From Patescibacteria group bacterium (GTDB lineage Bacteria; Patescibacteriota; Patescibacteriia; UBA1558; GWA2-36-10), in assembly GCA_041650755.1 (NCBI GenBank), contig JBAZKN010000001.1:314309-378308 (forward strand): 64,000 nucleotides of DNA. The letters are read 5' to 3'. A model generated the notes under the pieces. It was not told where the DNA came from. It searched no databases and saw only the letters and a list, made by a program, of their open reading frames with translations. Within the stretch, counting starts at the first letter, position 1, and each line of letters opens with the position of its first letter. Positions 38,974-49,616 of this stretch are shown in pieces. The translations under genes were made by a program, and so were the position numbers.

Positions 38974-41403
38974 TTACCTCAAAACTGCGCCGAATTTCTT
39001 CTTTAAAATCTCCCGAATCTCGAACACCAGTCTGTCTACATCTTCAGCCAAAAGCGTCCTATCATCACTGCGGAATTCCAAATGATAAGCTATGGATTTT
39101 TTGCCCGCTCCAAGATCATCACCCATAAACACATCAAACGGCTCCACTCGCCTTATTAAAGACGACACCTTATATATCTCCGGCTCTAAATCGCGCCAAT
39201 AAACGGTTTGTGGCACCACAATAGCCATATCACGATCTACGCCGGGATACTTGGGCAAAAATTCATATCTCTTGTTTTGGCTGATGTATTTAACAATAGT
39301 GGAGAAATCCAGCTCCCAAAAACCGACATTTATCTTCTGGCTGGCGCTGGAAAATAATTCGCGCTTCAATAGGCCAAAATAGCCAATATTGACATCGTGT
39401 ACTCTTATTTCATAAGCAAAATTGGCATAAGACAAATCTATATCAGAAAATATATATTTTATGCCCCAATACTCAAACAACGACTCCAGCAGACCCTTAA
39501 TCGACCCAAAGACCTGGGGTGGGGTTTGCGTGCTCAGCTCCACGCCGGCCAAATGCTTGGCTTGCTGGGGCAAAAACTTTTTTTGATTATTATCAAGCTG
39601 AAAGCTGCTGCGCTGACTTTTATCAAACACTCTCTCCAGCTCAAAAATCCTAAAATTATCCGACCAACGAAAATTACTTTCAGCTGCGTTGAGTAAATTT
39701 GGCAAAAGCTTAAGGTTTAAATAGGCCGCTTCCGGACTAATGGAGTTTTTGACCCTGATGTGCTTGGCTAAATCCAAATGCATGACATTGGCCCAAGCCT
39801 GATTGACAAAAGGATAGGTATAAACTTCAGTATATCCTTGACCCCAGGCTAACCAGCGTTTGATATCGCGTTCAGCTTTTATGGACACATCTACCAACGG
39901 TTCTTTCAACTCCACTTGGGGCAAATGATAATCTATTTTATCATAGCCATGGATACGAGCTACTTCTTCAACAATATCCTCTGGAATGGATATGTCCTTG
40001 GTAGCTCTAAAGCTCGGCACTTTGATAGTATAAACGCCTTTATTGTAGCTCACTTCAAATTGTAAGCGAGCCAAAATATCTTTAATTTCTTTACTAGGTA
40101 ATGACATGCCAATTCTTTCGGTCAACAATTTTTCCGGCACAGTCAGGGTAAGGGGCGCAAAAGGATTATTGTCTATATCGGCTATTTGACTGGCTAGCTT
40201 AGCTTCTGGGCAGATAGATAAAATAAGCTGTGCAGCCCTCTGCAAAGCCAAAATAGTCATATTGGGGTCTAGTGATTTTTCAAAACGGGCCGAGCTGTCG
40301 CTACGCAAACCCAAAGCTTGGGAAGAACGACGGATGTTACTGGCTTTAAAATTAGCTGACTCAATAATAATCTCTGTAGTCTCCGTATTGATTTCACTAT
40401 TTTGCCCGCCCATAATGCCGGCAATAGCCAAATATTTCTTTTGATCAGCTATCATCATGGTCTGGTCAGTCAATTTGCGCTTGACGCCATCCAGGGTGAC
40501 AAACTTTTCGTTTTTCTTGGCAAGTTTGACAATGATATTGTGGTCAGACACTTGACGAGCGTCAAAAGCATGTAAAGGCTGGCCAAGCTCATACATGACA
40601 TAATTAGTCACATCAACAATATTATTTATTGGCCGCAAACCAACTGCCAATAACTTTAGTTTTAGCCACCAGGGCGAATCCTCTACTTTGATGCTCTCCA
40701 TGGCCAAAGCTGAATAGCGAAAACAGTTGACCTTGTCCTGAATATTGATTTTTAATTTTATTTTGTCTTGGTATTTTAAATCAACCAAAGAATAATTACC
40801 CAGCTTGGTGCGATAGATAGCTGACAATTCCCTGGCCAAACCATACTGCCCCCAAAGATCTGGTCGGTGATTTATAGATTTATTATCAATATCTATCACC
40901 TTATCATCCAAACCCAGGGCTTGGGACAAAGCTTGGCCCGGCTTAGCCTTGAAGCTGGTCAAATCCAAAATTTCCCGTTCAGAGGATCCGGGTGTCAAAT
41001 TCTGCAAACCAATCTCAGCAGCCGCCACAATCATTCCATGACTATCTATGCCTCTTATTTTAGCCGCTGTCAACTCTACCCAATCCCCTTGGCCGTGCCA
41101 TCTGACCTTGCTGCCAACCGTAGCTACGGCTACTAACATTTTTGGCTGCAGATTGCTGCCACCGCAGACAATTTGCTCAACTCTAGCACCAATATTTACC
41201 TGGCAGACTTGCAATAAATCAGCCTGGGGGTGCTTGGCCAGCTGCTCAATCTTACCCACCACTATACCCTGCAAATTTTTAGCCTGATCAATCACCTCTT
41301 CTACCTCGACCGTGGACATAGTTAAATCTAGGGCTACTTGCTCAGCGGTCAAATTTTTTGGTAACTTTAGCCAATTTTTTATCCAATTAAGTGATAAATA
41401 CAT
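38974..41403 (-). CDS. pheT: phenylalanyl-tRNA synthetase beta subunit
   Basis: 809 aa. N-terminal tRNA-binding (OB) domain, B3/B4 and B5 domains, and a C-terminal FDX-ACB-like domain. Confidence 0.92.
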   Translation of the reverse strand: MYLSLNWIKNWLKLPKNLTAEQVALDLTMSTVEVEEVIDQAKNLQGIVVGKIEQLAKHPQADLLQVCQVNIGARVEQIVCGGSNLQPKMLVAVATVGSKVRWHGQGDWVELTAAKIRGIDSHGMIVAAAEIGLQNLTPGSSEREILDLTSFKAKPGQALSQALGLDDKVIDIDNKSINHRPDLWGQYGLARELSAIYRTKLGNYSLVDLKYQDKIKLKINIQDKVNCFRYSALAMESIKVEDSPWWLKLKLLAVGLRPINNIVDVTNYVMYELGQPLHAFDARQVSDHNIIVKLAKKNEKFVTLDGVKRKLTDQTMMIADQKKYLAIAGIMGGQNSEINTETTEIIIESANFKASNIRRSSQALGLRSDSSARFEKSLDPNMTILALQRAAQLILSICPEAKLASQIADIDNNPFAPLTLTVPEKLLTERIGMSLPSKEIKDILARLQFEVSYNKGVYTIKVPSFRATKDISIPEDIVEEVARIHGYDKIDYHLPQVELKEPLVDVSIKAERDIKRWLAWGQGYTEVYTYPFVNQAWANVMHLDLAKHIRVKNSISPEAAYLNLKLLPNLLNAAESNFRWSDNFRIFELERVFDKSQRSSFQLDNNQKKFLPQQAKHLAGVELSTQTPPQVFGSIKGLLESLFEYWGIKYIFSDIDLSYANFAYEIRVHDVNIGYFGLLKRELFSSASQKINVGFWELDFSTIVKYISQNKRYEFLPKYPGVDRDMAIVVPQTVYWRDLEPEIYKVSSLIRRVEPFDVFMGDDLGAGKKSIAYHLEFRSDDRTLLAEDVDRLVFEIREILKKKFGAVLR

Positions 41404-41457
41404 ATATTTAATTTGGTAAACGTTGATTATCCCCTGACTTTAGTCGGGATAACTGCA

Positions 41458-42462
41458 TTAAAATTGGTTTAGAAATCTCAAATCAGCTGACATTAATAAT
41501 CTAATATCATTGATCCGATATTTCATCATGACTAATCTGGTCAAACCCAAACCAAAAGCAAAACCAGAATATATTTGCGGATCCAAACCGCCCGCTTTGA
41601 TGACTTCTGGATGCACCATCCCACAAGGCATTAACTCAACCCAGCCAGATTGTTTACAGACCGAGCAACCCTTACCTTCACAAATCATGCATTTAATATC
41701 CATCTCAAAGGCCGGCTCGACAAAAGGGAAAAATCCTGGCCGCAAACGCAAGTCTACTTCAGCATTAAAAACAGTCGACAGCAAGGCTTTCATGGTGGCG
41801 ATCAAATGACCGATATTCATGGCCTTATCCACCATCAAGCCCTCGAGCTGGTGAAAAGTGTGATCGTGGCCCGGATCAGTCGATTCATTACGAAAAACCC
41901 TGCCGGGGAATATACCTCTAAATGGTGCTCCATATTTTTCCAGCATCCTGACCTGCAAATTGGAGGTCTGAGTGCGCAGTAAATTGCCATCTTCCAGCCA
42001 AAAAGTGTCCTGGGTATCACGAGCTGGATGATCGGCTGGAATGTTGAGAGCATTAAAATTGTAATATTCTGATTCTACTTGCGGCCCATCAAAAACCGTA
42101 AAACCAATCTGCAAGAAAGCTTGCTCAATCTCTTCTTGGACTTGAGTCAAGGGATGTAAGTGGCCCAGCTGTCGCCGGCTGCCCGGTAAAGTCGGGTCAA
42201 AAGCAAAGCTATCTACTTTGTCCAGTAGACTATCCTCTAAGCGATTAAAAATTTCCGACAATTCATCTTTGACCTGATTGGCAACTTTGCCCACCTTCGG
42301 CTTTTCCTCTTCGGCTAGACTTTTAAGATCTTTCAAAAGCGCGGCTAGCTCACCCTTGCGACCTAAATATTTGTTTTTTAAGTCAGCTAAAATTTTAGCA
42401 TCTTTGACTTGGTCAAGCTCTTTGAGGACCCGCTTTTTTAGATCTTGCAATTTATGCTCCAT
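41458..42462 (-). CDS. pheS: phenylalanyl-tRNA synthetase alpha subunit
   Basis: 334 aa class II catalytic core (FRNESTDPGHDHTFHQLEG, GFAFGLGLTRLVM). Confidence 0.92.
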   Translation of the reverse strand: MEHKLQDLKKRVLKELDQVKDAKILADLKNKYLGRKGELAALLKDLKSLAEEEKPKVGKVANQVKDELSEIFNRLEDSLLDKVDSFAFDPTLPGSRRQLGHLHPLTQVQEEIEQAFLQIGFTVFDGPQVESEYYNFNALNIPADHPARDTQDTFWLEDGNLLRTQTSNLQVRMLEKYGAPFRGIFPGRVFRNESTDPGHDHTFHQLEGLMVDKAMNIGHLIATMKALLSTVFNAEVDLRLRPGFFPFVEPAFEMDIKCMICEGKGCSVCKQSGWVELMPCGMVHPEVIKAGGLDPQIYSGFAFGLGLTRLVMMKYRINDIRLLMSADLRFLNQF

Positions 42463-42471
42463 ATATTTACT

Positions 42472-42879
42472 TTATACTTTGTGGACTAAGTCTTCTTTTT
42501 GCTTATGGCGAAATAATAGCAAAACAAATTCCAAACTAGTGGCGGCAATGACCAATAAAAACATATTCCACCAAGTCAAAATCCTGGCTGCCTGCAAAAA
42601 CATGGCAATAACAACTACCACGGCCATGATCAATGCCTGGCGCAAAGAATTGACAACCGCTAGCCTAATTTGTATTTTCCCAGGGTTAAACAAGCGTCGT
42701 ATCCAAAAGCCAAGCAACGATAAAAGCCCCAAAAATCCCAAACCCAAGGTCATATAAAACAAAAGAAAAACTACCCAGGTCGCCTGTTTGGGGTCAAAAT
42801 TGCTGATAATTATAAAAAATCCAAGCCACGCTAGGACCGTGGCCGTACCCATAATAATATTGTAAATTTTACTATTCAT
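42472..42879 (-). CDS. hypothetical small membrane protein (4 transmembrane helices)
   Basis: 135 aa, hydrophobic. No motif recognised. Confidence 0.4.
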   Translation of the reverse strand: MNSKIYNIIMGTATVLAWLGFFIIISNFDPKQATWVVFLLFYMTLGLGFLGLLSLLGFWIRRLFNPGKIQIRLAVVNSLRQALIMAVVVVIAMFLQAARILTWWNMFLLVIAATSLEFVLLLFRHKQKEDLVHKV

Positions 42880-42922
42880 TAATGTTAATTTTACAAGAAA
42901 TCCTAAGAAAAATCAACGCTAA

Positions 42923-43285
42923 TTAAGCCAACTTTAATAATTTATTTATAGTGACAACAATTGCCCCCTTAGCAGACAAGCCTTTGTTTTCGGGCATAGT
43001 TTCTACATATTTTTTCCAAGGACCGTTAATATAATATTTGGCCTTGCCCACCAGCTTAATGCCGTGCCAACTTTTATCCCAAACCGCCAAACAAACATTA
43101 TTATTTTTTTGCAAATTTTGTCTGGTGTGCTTCATAAAATTATCAGTAATCAGCACTTTATTTGAGGCCACTACTTTGACATAAGCCACACCAATCACAT
43201 TTGGCTTTTTTAAACTATCGACAGTGGCAAAAGCAATGGCATGATTTTCAATTAATAATTTATCTTTTTTGTTGATTCTAATCAT
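42923..43285 (-). CDS. pyridoxamine 5'-phosphate oxidase-like FMN-binding split-barrel protein
   Basis: 120 aa. PNPOx-like pattern in VIGVAYVKVVASNKVLITDNF..NVCLAVWD. Confidence 0.55.
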   Translation of the reverse strand: MIRINKKDKLLIENHAIAFATVDSLKKPNVIGVAYVKVVASNKVLITDNFMKHTRQNLQKNNNVCLAVWDKSWHGIKLVGKAKYYINGPWKKYVETMPENKGLSAKGAIVVTINKLLKLA

Positions 43286-43295
43286 AAATATTTAA

Positions 43296-46250
43296 TTAAA
43301 TATTTTTAGCAAACGGACAAATCTGCTTATAATCACAATACTGGCAAGCGTGGCCGGGCTTGGCTGCAAAATCATCTGATAAGATAAGCTCGATGGTACT
43401 TTTGATCCAATCTTTAACTTTTTCTTTTTCTTTGTCGCTACCAAGAAAAGAAACTGGCGCATTATTATTTAAATAATAATAAGTCAAGGCGCCTGTTTTA
43501 GCAGAAAAAACTTCTTCAGCGGCTATCTGATAAATTAACAATTGTTTTTTATCTTCAAAGGTGATATTTTCATCTTTGGCTTGGCCAGTCTTATAATCAA
43601 TCAGCTGCCAATGGCCATTGGGGTCAACATCAATGCGATCGATAAAGCCCTTGACTGTATAATCCCCTACCTTGATATGGAAACCCTTTTCTAAATACAA
43701 GGGAATAGAAAATAAGGGCTGAAATTTTTGATAGTATTCTTTCAGGATGCGCGCACCTTCACTGCGGTATTTTTCTTTTTGGCTGTTTGATTGGTACCAA
43801 TCATCAATCCACTGAGCAGCATATATTTTGAGCAAATCATCAATGGTCGGCACTTTTATCTTAGCCACGGTATTGAATAAATCGCTTTGCGGAGCCTGGC
43901 TAGCCTCAATAATACGTTGATAAAATTGCTGCAAAGTAGCATGCATGGTTTTGCCAAAACTAAATTGGGCGCTGCCCTTGACTGGAATTTTGGCGATATA
44001 AGAATAGAAATACTGGCGCGGGCAAGTCTCATAGGCCTTGAGCTGGGAAAAAGAGAAGACTTTGGGTTTTTCATATTTAACGACAGTATCTTTGACTTCA
44101 ATCGGCGGTGAGCTGACTGTCACTTTACCTGATACTTCTGTCTGGGGCAATTTTATCTCATCCAAAAATCTGGATGGTTTCTTCTGCCGACTGCCGCCAT
44201 AATCTTTGGCCCAAGTCAAAAATACCCCTCTCTTGGCACGCGTCAAGGCTACATAAAAAAGCCTGCGCTCTTCCTGCAGATGAGCATCGCCGGTAGGCAA
44301 TTGTTCTTTGATAAAAGTTGCCGGCATTTCTATCGGATCACGCCGTTCAATACTGGGGAATCTAAGTTGCGCTAAATTACTGACAAAGACATATTCAAAC
44401 TCCAAACCCTTGGCGCCATGCACAGTCATAATTTTTACCACATCTGGCCCACTTTCCTCGCCTTGCTCTAGGGCACCCAGCTCGCCTGATTCTAGCTCCA
44501 AATTCAAAGTAGCCAGAAATTCATGCACGCGGGCATTACCCAAATATTCTTCCTCCCAAGCACGAATTTTTTTATAAAACTGGTTTAAGAAGCCGAGCTG
44601 CTCTTGATTATATACATTCTGCTCCAGAGTCAAAGCCTGCAAATAGCCACTGTCCTCAAGCCAAGCATAAACCACTTGGGAAACTGGCTTACTTTTTGCC
44701 TCTTGAGCGTGCTGATTTAGATTGGCTAATATTTTTTCTATTATTTTTTGATCGCTAGCAGGGATTTCCAAATGACTGCGATAATTCTGCAAAGCATAGT
44801 ACAAGCTCCAAGCCTTGCGACTAGCCAAATGACTTAAATTTATAATTGTTTTGATATCTAGTCTGGTGATCGGCAGGCTCAAAATCCTAAACAAGGCGGT
44901 TGACTCATGATAATTATCCAAAAGCTTCAAATAGGCTATGATGTCCAGCACAATATCTTGAGTATAAAGTCCCCGCGAAGCCATAAATTGATGCGGCATC
45001 CCGTTTTTACGCATCAAGCTGACAAAACCATTGGCCGCTTCGTTAGCTCTCACCAAAATAGCAAAATCTGACCACTGCAGTTTTTTATCCGCCTTTTTTA
45101 AGGTAATAATCTTATTTAAAATACCCTCGATCTCGGCAGTATTGTCGGTAAAAGCCAGCACTTCTACTGTGCCTTTCAGCTGGCTATGGCTGACTAATTT
45201 TTTATCTAGCTTAATCCCAGTTTTTTTACGGCCTTTTTTCAGCTGATACTCCAAGCGGTCGGGATTATTGAGCTGAATAAAATCATAAGCCACGTCCAAA
45301 ATATTTTGCCCCGAACGATAATTATCAGTCAAAAATATTTGCTCCAATGACTGCCCCTTGATCTTGCTATAATCTTTTTGGAAACTCAAAATATTGGAAA
45401 TAGCTGCTCCTCGAAATTTGTAAATAGCCTGGTCATCATCGCCGACTACCATCAGATTATTTTTGGGAGCAGCTAAAATTTTAATCAGCTCATATTGCGC
45501 CCAATTGGTATCTTGGAATTCATCTACCAAAATGTACTTGAATTGCTCCCGAAACTTTTTTAAAATTCGTGGGCGCTGTTGAAACAGGCGCAAAGTATAA
45601 TTAATCAAATCGCCAAAATCCAAGGCATTGTTTTCCAAAAGCAATTGCTGGTAAACATGGTAAGCATTGGCCACTTCTCTGACGCGCAAAGCCTCTTGGG
45701 CTACTTCCTCCCGGTCAACAGCCGTATCAGTGTCTAAATGCAAATTATCGGCATAATCCAGATAATCTTCCGGGTATACCACCTCATCCTTGCAACGGGA
45801 AAAATGATTGAGTAGAGCATGGATAAATTTGGTGGGATTGGCCAGCGGCCTATAATAATCCAGTTCAAAGCGATCAATATTTTGCCTAACCAATAGCCAG
45901 GCCGCCGTCTTATCCAATAATTTAAAATCATTGGGCAGACCGATATCAACCGCATAATCCTTTAAAACTTTTTCACAAAAACCGTGAAAAGTGTGAATCC
46001 AAAGATCAGCATAACCCAAAGGCAAAAGCCTATCTACTCTTTCGGCCATTTCGGTAGCGGCTTTCTCTGTAAAAGTGACCGCCAAAATCTCCTCTGGCTT
46101 AGCCTTGCCCTGATCTATCAAATAGGCAATCCGCTGGGTGATAACCGTAGTTTTGCCTGTGCCGGCGCCGGCAATCAAAATAACCGGCCCAGCATCATGG
46201 GTAATCGCCTCAAGTTGTGCCTTATTTAAATGGGATAAGTCTATTGCCAT
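43296..46250 (-). CDS. UvrD/PcrA-family helicase fused to a C-terminal PD-(D/E)xK nuclease with a 4-Cys cluster (AddB/Cas4-like)
   Basis: 984 aa. Walker A GAGTGKT. UvrD motifs (ILVDEFQDTN, TVHGAKGLEF). C-terminal CPRQYFY..IDRID..IDYKTGQ..CQYCDYKQICP. Confidence 0.8.
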   Translation of the reverse strand: MAIDLSHLNKAQLEAITHDAGPVILIAGAGTGKTTVITQRIAYLIDQGKAKPEEILAVTFTEKAATEMAERVDRLLPLGYADLWIHTFHGFCEKVLKDYAVDIGLPNDFKLLDKTAAWLLVRQNIDRFELDYYRPLANPTKFIHALLNHFSRCKDEVVYPEDYLDYADNLHLDTDTAVDREEVAQEALRVREVANAYHVYQQLLLENNALDFGDLINYTLRLFQQRPRILKKFREQFKYILVDEFQDTNWAQYELIKILAAPKNNLMVVGDDDQAIYKFRGAAISNILSFQKDYSKIKGQSLEQIFLTDNYRSGQNILDVAYDFIQLNNPDRLEYQLKKGRKKTGIKLDKKLVSHSQLKGTVEVLAFTDNTAEIEGILNKIITLKKADKKLQWSDFAILVRANEAANGFVSLMRKNGMPHQFMASRGLYTQDIVLDIIAYLKLLDNYHESTALFRILSLPITRLDIKTIINLSHLASRKAWSLYYALQNYRSHLEIPASDQKIIEKILANLNQHAQEAKSKPVSQVVYAWLEDSGYLQALTLEQNVYNQEQLGFLNQFYKKIRAWEEEYLGNARVHEFLATLNLELESGELGALEQGEESGPDVVKIMTVHGAKGLEFEYVFVSNLAQLRFPSIERRDPIEMPATFIKEQLPTGDAHLQEERRLFYVALTRAKRGVFLTWAKDYGGSRQKKPSRFLDEIKLPQTEVSGKVTVSSPPIEVKDTVVKYEKPKVFSFSQLKAYETCPRQYFYSYIAKIPVKGSAQFSFGKTMHATLQQFYQRIIEASQAPQSDLFNTVAKIKVPTIDDLLKIYAAQWIDDWYQSNSQKEKYRSEGARILKEYYQKFQPLFSIPLYLEKGFHIKVGDYTVKGFIDRIDVDPNGHWQLIDYKTGQAKDENITFEDKKQLLIYQIAAEEVFSAKTGALTYYYLNNNAPVSFLGSDKEKEKVKDWIKSTIELILSDDFAAKPGHACQYCDYKQICPFAKNI

Positions 46251-46282
46251 GGCTATATTTTATCTAAAAAAACTGGAAAAAG

Positions 46283-46330
46283 CAAAAAAAAGAGGCCCTC
46301 GCTAATCCTCCTTTGAAAACAAGGGCCTTT
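46283..46330 (-). terminator. intrinsic terminator after the GC-rich beta-CA-like gene
   Basis: Stem aggccc / gggcct flanking a 24-nt loop, followed on the minus strand by T8. Confidence 0.45.
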
Positions 46331-46361
46331 GTGCCATACCATTGCCAGATGCCGGAGCAGT

Positions 46362-46910
46362 TTACTCCAGCTCGTACAAAGTGCAATCCTGGAGAGCCGG
46401 CGCCTGATTGCCATCCAGGTCGGACGGCCGCAGCCAAAAGCTGCGGATGCCCAAAGGCCTGGTCATGGCCTGATCAAGGTTCCGGCGCACATCGAGGATA
46501 GACACTGCTGCGCGGTAATGGCTGGCCAGCTCGCAATCGCTCAAGGCCATGAACCTGGCTATCTCCAAAGGCAGTTCACGGCGAAACATCTGACCAACCA
46601 TGAGCAGATCCGTAGTGTGCATCTGCTCCTGGGTGGCCAAATCGTGGATCTGACCACCATAGTCAGCGCAGTTGCAGTGATTGACCAGATTCAACTGCGG
46701 GCTGCCGTGCAAACCCACGGCAATCAGGGCGATGTCTCTAAGCACCTCCCTAGTGAAAGGACAGTTACGTCGATGCCGACGCACGCCACCAGGCCGGGTG
46801 AATTCATCCACCAGCTCCCCTCCCACCAGCTCCTCGATCAACTTTCTGGCACGCTGATTCCAGAGCCCATCAGCACACTGAATCATTGTGCCATGATAAC
46901 GGTGAGACAA
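46362..46910 (-). CDS. GC-rich divergent paralog of the adjacent beta-carbonic-anhydrase-like gene
   Basis: About 182 aa if the start is the TTG 6 nt after AAGGAGGG (46916-46923). The ORF track extends to 46991, but that extension runs through the promoter. Aligns with the neighbouring protein: IQCADG vs IKCVDF, and HCNCADYGG..ATQEQ..ELP..MALS vs HWDCGAYGG..ATEEQ..ELP..MAYS. Confidence 0.55.
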   Translation of the reverse strand: MSHRYHGTMIQCADGLWNQRARKLIEELVGGELVDEFTRPGGVRRHRRNCPFTREVLRDIALIAVGLHGSPQLNLVNHCNCADYGGQIHDLATQEQMHTTDLLMVGQMFRRELPLEIARFMALSDCELASHYRAAVSILDVRRNLDQAMTRPLGIRSFWLRPSDLDGNQAPALQDCTLYELE

Positions 46911-46956
46911 GACAACCCTCCTTGTTGGGGACCTATACCTGACGACAAGATGATTC

Positions 46957-46984
46957 ATTATACCTAAATAAAAAAACATGTCAA
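46957..46984 (-). promoter_or_regulatory. consensus promoter of the GC-rich paralog
   Basis: TTGACA (46979-46984), 16-nt spacer, TATAAT (46957-46962), on the minus strand. Confidence 0.55.
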
Positions 46985-46998
46985 CCGACATATTTTTT

Positions 46999-47019
46999 TA
47001 CTATAAATAACTATATATA
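46999..47019. promoter_or_regulatory. AT-rich palindrome just upstream of the -35 element (candidate operator)
   Basis: aataact-atatata-agttatt: 7-bp arms around a 7-nt centre, 15 nt upstream of TTGACA. Confidence 0.3.
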
Positions 47020-47024
47020 AGTTA

Positions 47025-47474
47025 TTAGTCTACCACTATATAATCCAACCCTTGGGGCACTGCCTTACTATATGCCATAATAATCTCTAAATCTTCCGGC
47101 AACTCTTTGGCTAGCATTTCTTTGACGGTCTGTAGATCCTTATTATAAGCTTGCTCTTCAGTAGCGGCATCAGAAAAATTTTTACTGCCGCCATAGGCAC
47201 CGCAATCCCAATGCCAGAGCAACAGCAGCTTCTTCACCTGATGCAAATTTTTCGAAACCGTGATAATGCTATTGATAAAAGAGACCTTGAAACCATTGTT
47301 TTTTAAAACATCCTTGGCGCTACCTGGCCAGGCATAAAGATCAAAATTCTTATAGCCCAAGCCTTTAGCCACAAACTCTTGGTCGGATTCTCGAAAACGA
47401 AAATCGACACACTTGATAACTGCCAATGGGCATTCATGCTCTTGAAGCAAATCATTTGGTACCAAATATCCCAT
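47025..47474 (-). CDS. short beta-class carbonic-anhydrase-like protein
   Basis: 149 aa. CxDxR (KCVDFRF) and HxxCG (HWDCGAYGG) zinc-ligand motifs. AT-rich, host-like composition. Confidence 0.55.
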   Translation of the reverse strand: MGYLVPNDLLQEHECPLAVIKCVDFRFRESDQEFVAKGLGYKNFDLYAWPGSAKDVLKNNGFKVSFINSIITVSKNLHQVKKLLLLWHWDCGAYGGSKNFSDAATEEQAYNKDLQTVKEMLAKELPEDLEIIMAYSKAVPQGLDYIVVD

Positions 47475-47510
47475 ATTTTTACAAATTTAAATAAAATATC
47501 AGCGGGCTCT

Positions 47511-47539
47511 ATCTTAGCACTAAACATCTAGAGCGTCAA
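47511..47539 (-). promoter_or_regulatory. promoter of the beta-CA-like gene
   Basis: TTGACG (47534-47539), 17-nt spacer, TAAGAT (47511-47516), on the minus strand. Confidence 0.45.
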
Positions 47540-47540
47540 T

Positions 47541-47996
47541 CTAAGACTCGCTCTCTCTATCTAAGCTAACGTCGGCCCCTCGAGTATGCTTGTATTTTTT
47601 AGCTACCCGCAAACGGGCCAGTTCTTTTTCTAGAGCAGCACTAAAGTAAGCAAACTGCTCGGCATCCATGACCTTGGTCTGTAATAATTCTTGGGCTCTG
47701 ATCCGAGCTGCTTCAGCTCTCTGTTCATCGATCTCGCTGGCTCTTTCGGCGGTATCTGCCAAAACTACCACCTGATCAGGCAAAACTTCCAACAAGCCGC
47801 CTGATATAGCCATCAGGTCTTCGACTTTATTACCTTTTTTGATAATAAGTTCACCTGGAGCAAGCTGTGATACCAATGGTAAATGGTGTGGCAAAATAGT
47901 CAACTGACCAGTTGTTGTAGAAACCGAAAGCTGGTCAACCGTATCTTCATACAGCACTCGCTCGGGAGTAACAATTTTTAACTTAATATCTGCCAT
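47541..47996 (-). CDS. atpC: ATP synthase F1 epsilon subunit
   Basis: 151 aa. N-terminal beta-sandwich (LKIVTPERVLYEDTV) and a C-terminal helical hairpin. Confidence 0.9.
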   Translation of the reverse strand: MADIKLKIVTPERVLYEDTVDQLSVSTTTGQLTILPHHLPLVSQLAPGELIIKKGNKVEDLMAISGGLLEVLPDQVVVLADTAERASEIDEQRAEAARIRAQELLQTKVMDAEQFAYFSAALEKELARLRVAKKYKHTRGADVSLDRESES

Positions 47997-48114
47997 ATAT
48001 TATTAGTAAAAGGTATAAAGTAGAAAGTTTAAGGTTATAAACATTTTCTACCTAACCATGTTTAATTCTAACCACTTAGCTTAATTATTTAATAAAAAGC
48101 TTGCGCGCTACTTT

Positions 48115-49551
<1,437 letters not shown>

Positions 49552-49616
49552 TTATACTTGCCCCCGCTATCGTAAATTCGGGGATCATAAATTTATTTAA
49601 AAAAATATTTATCAAA

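Noticed and set aside
46329-46967. 212-aa plus-strand ORF opposite the GC-rich beta-CA-like gene
   Set aside because: Antisense artefact. The minus-strand frame is homologous to the neighbouring gene and has the promoter and ribosome-binding site.
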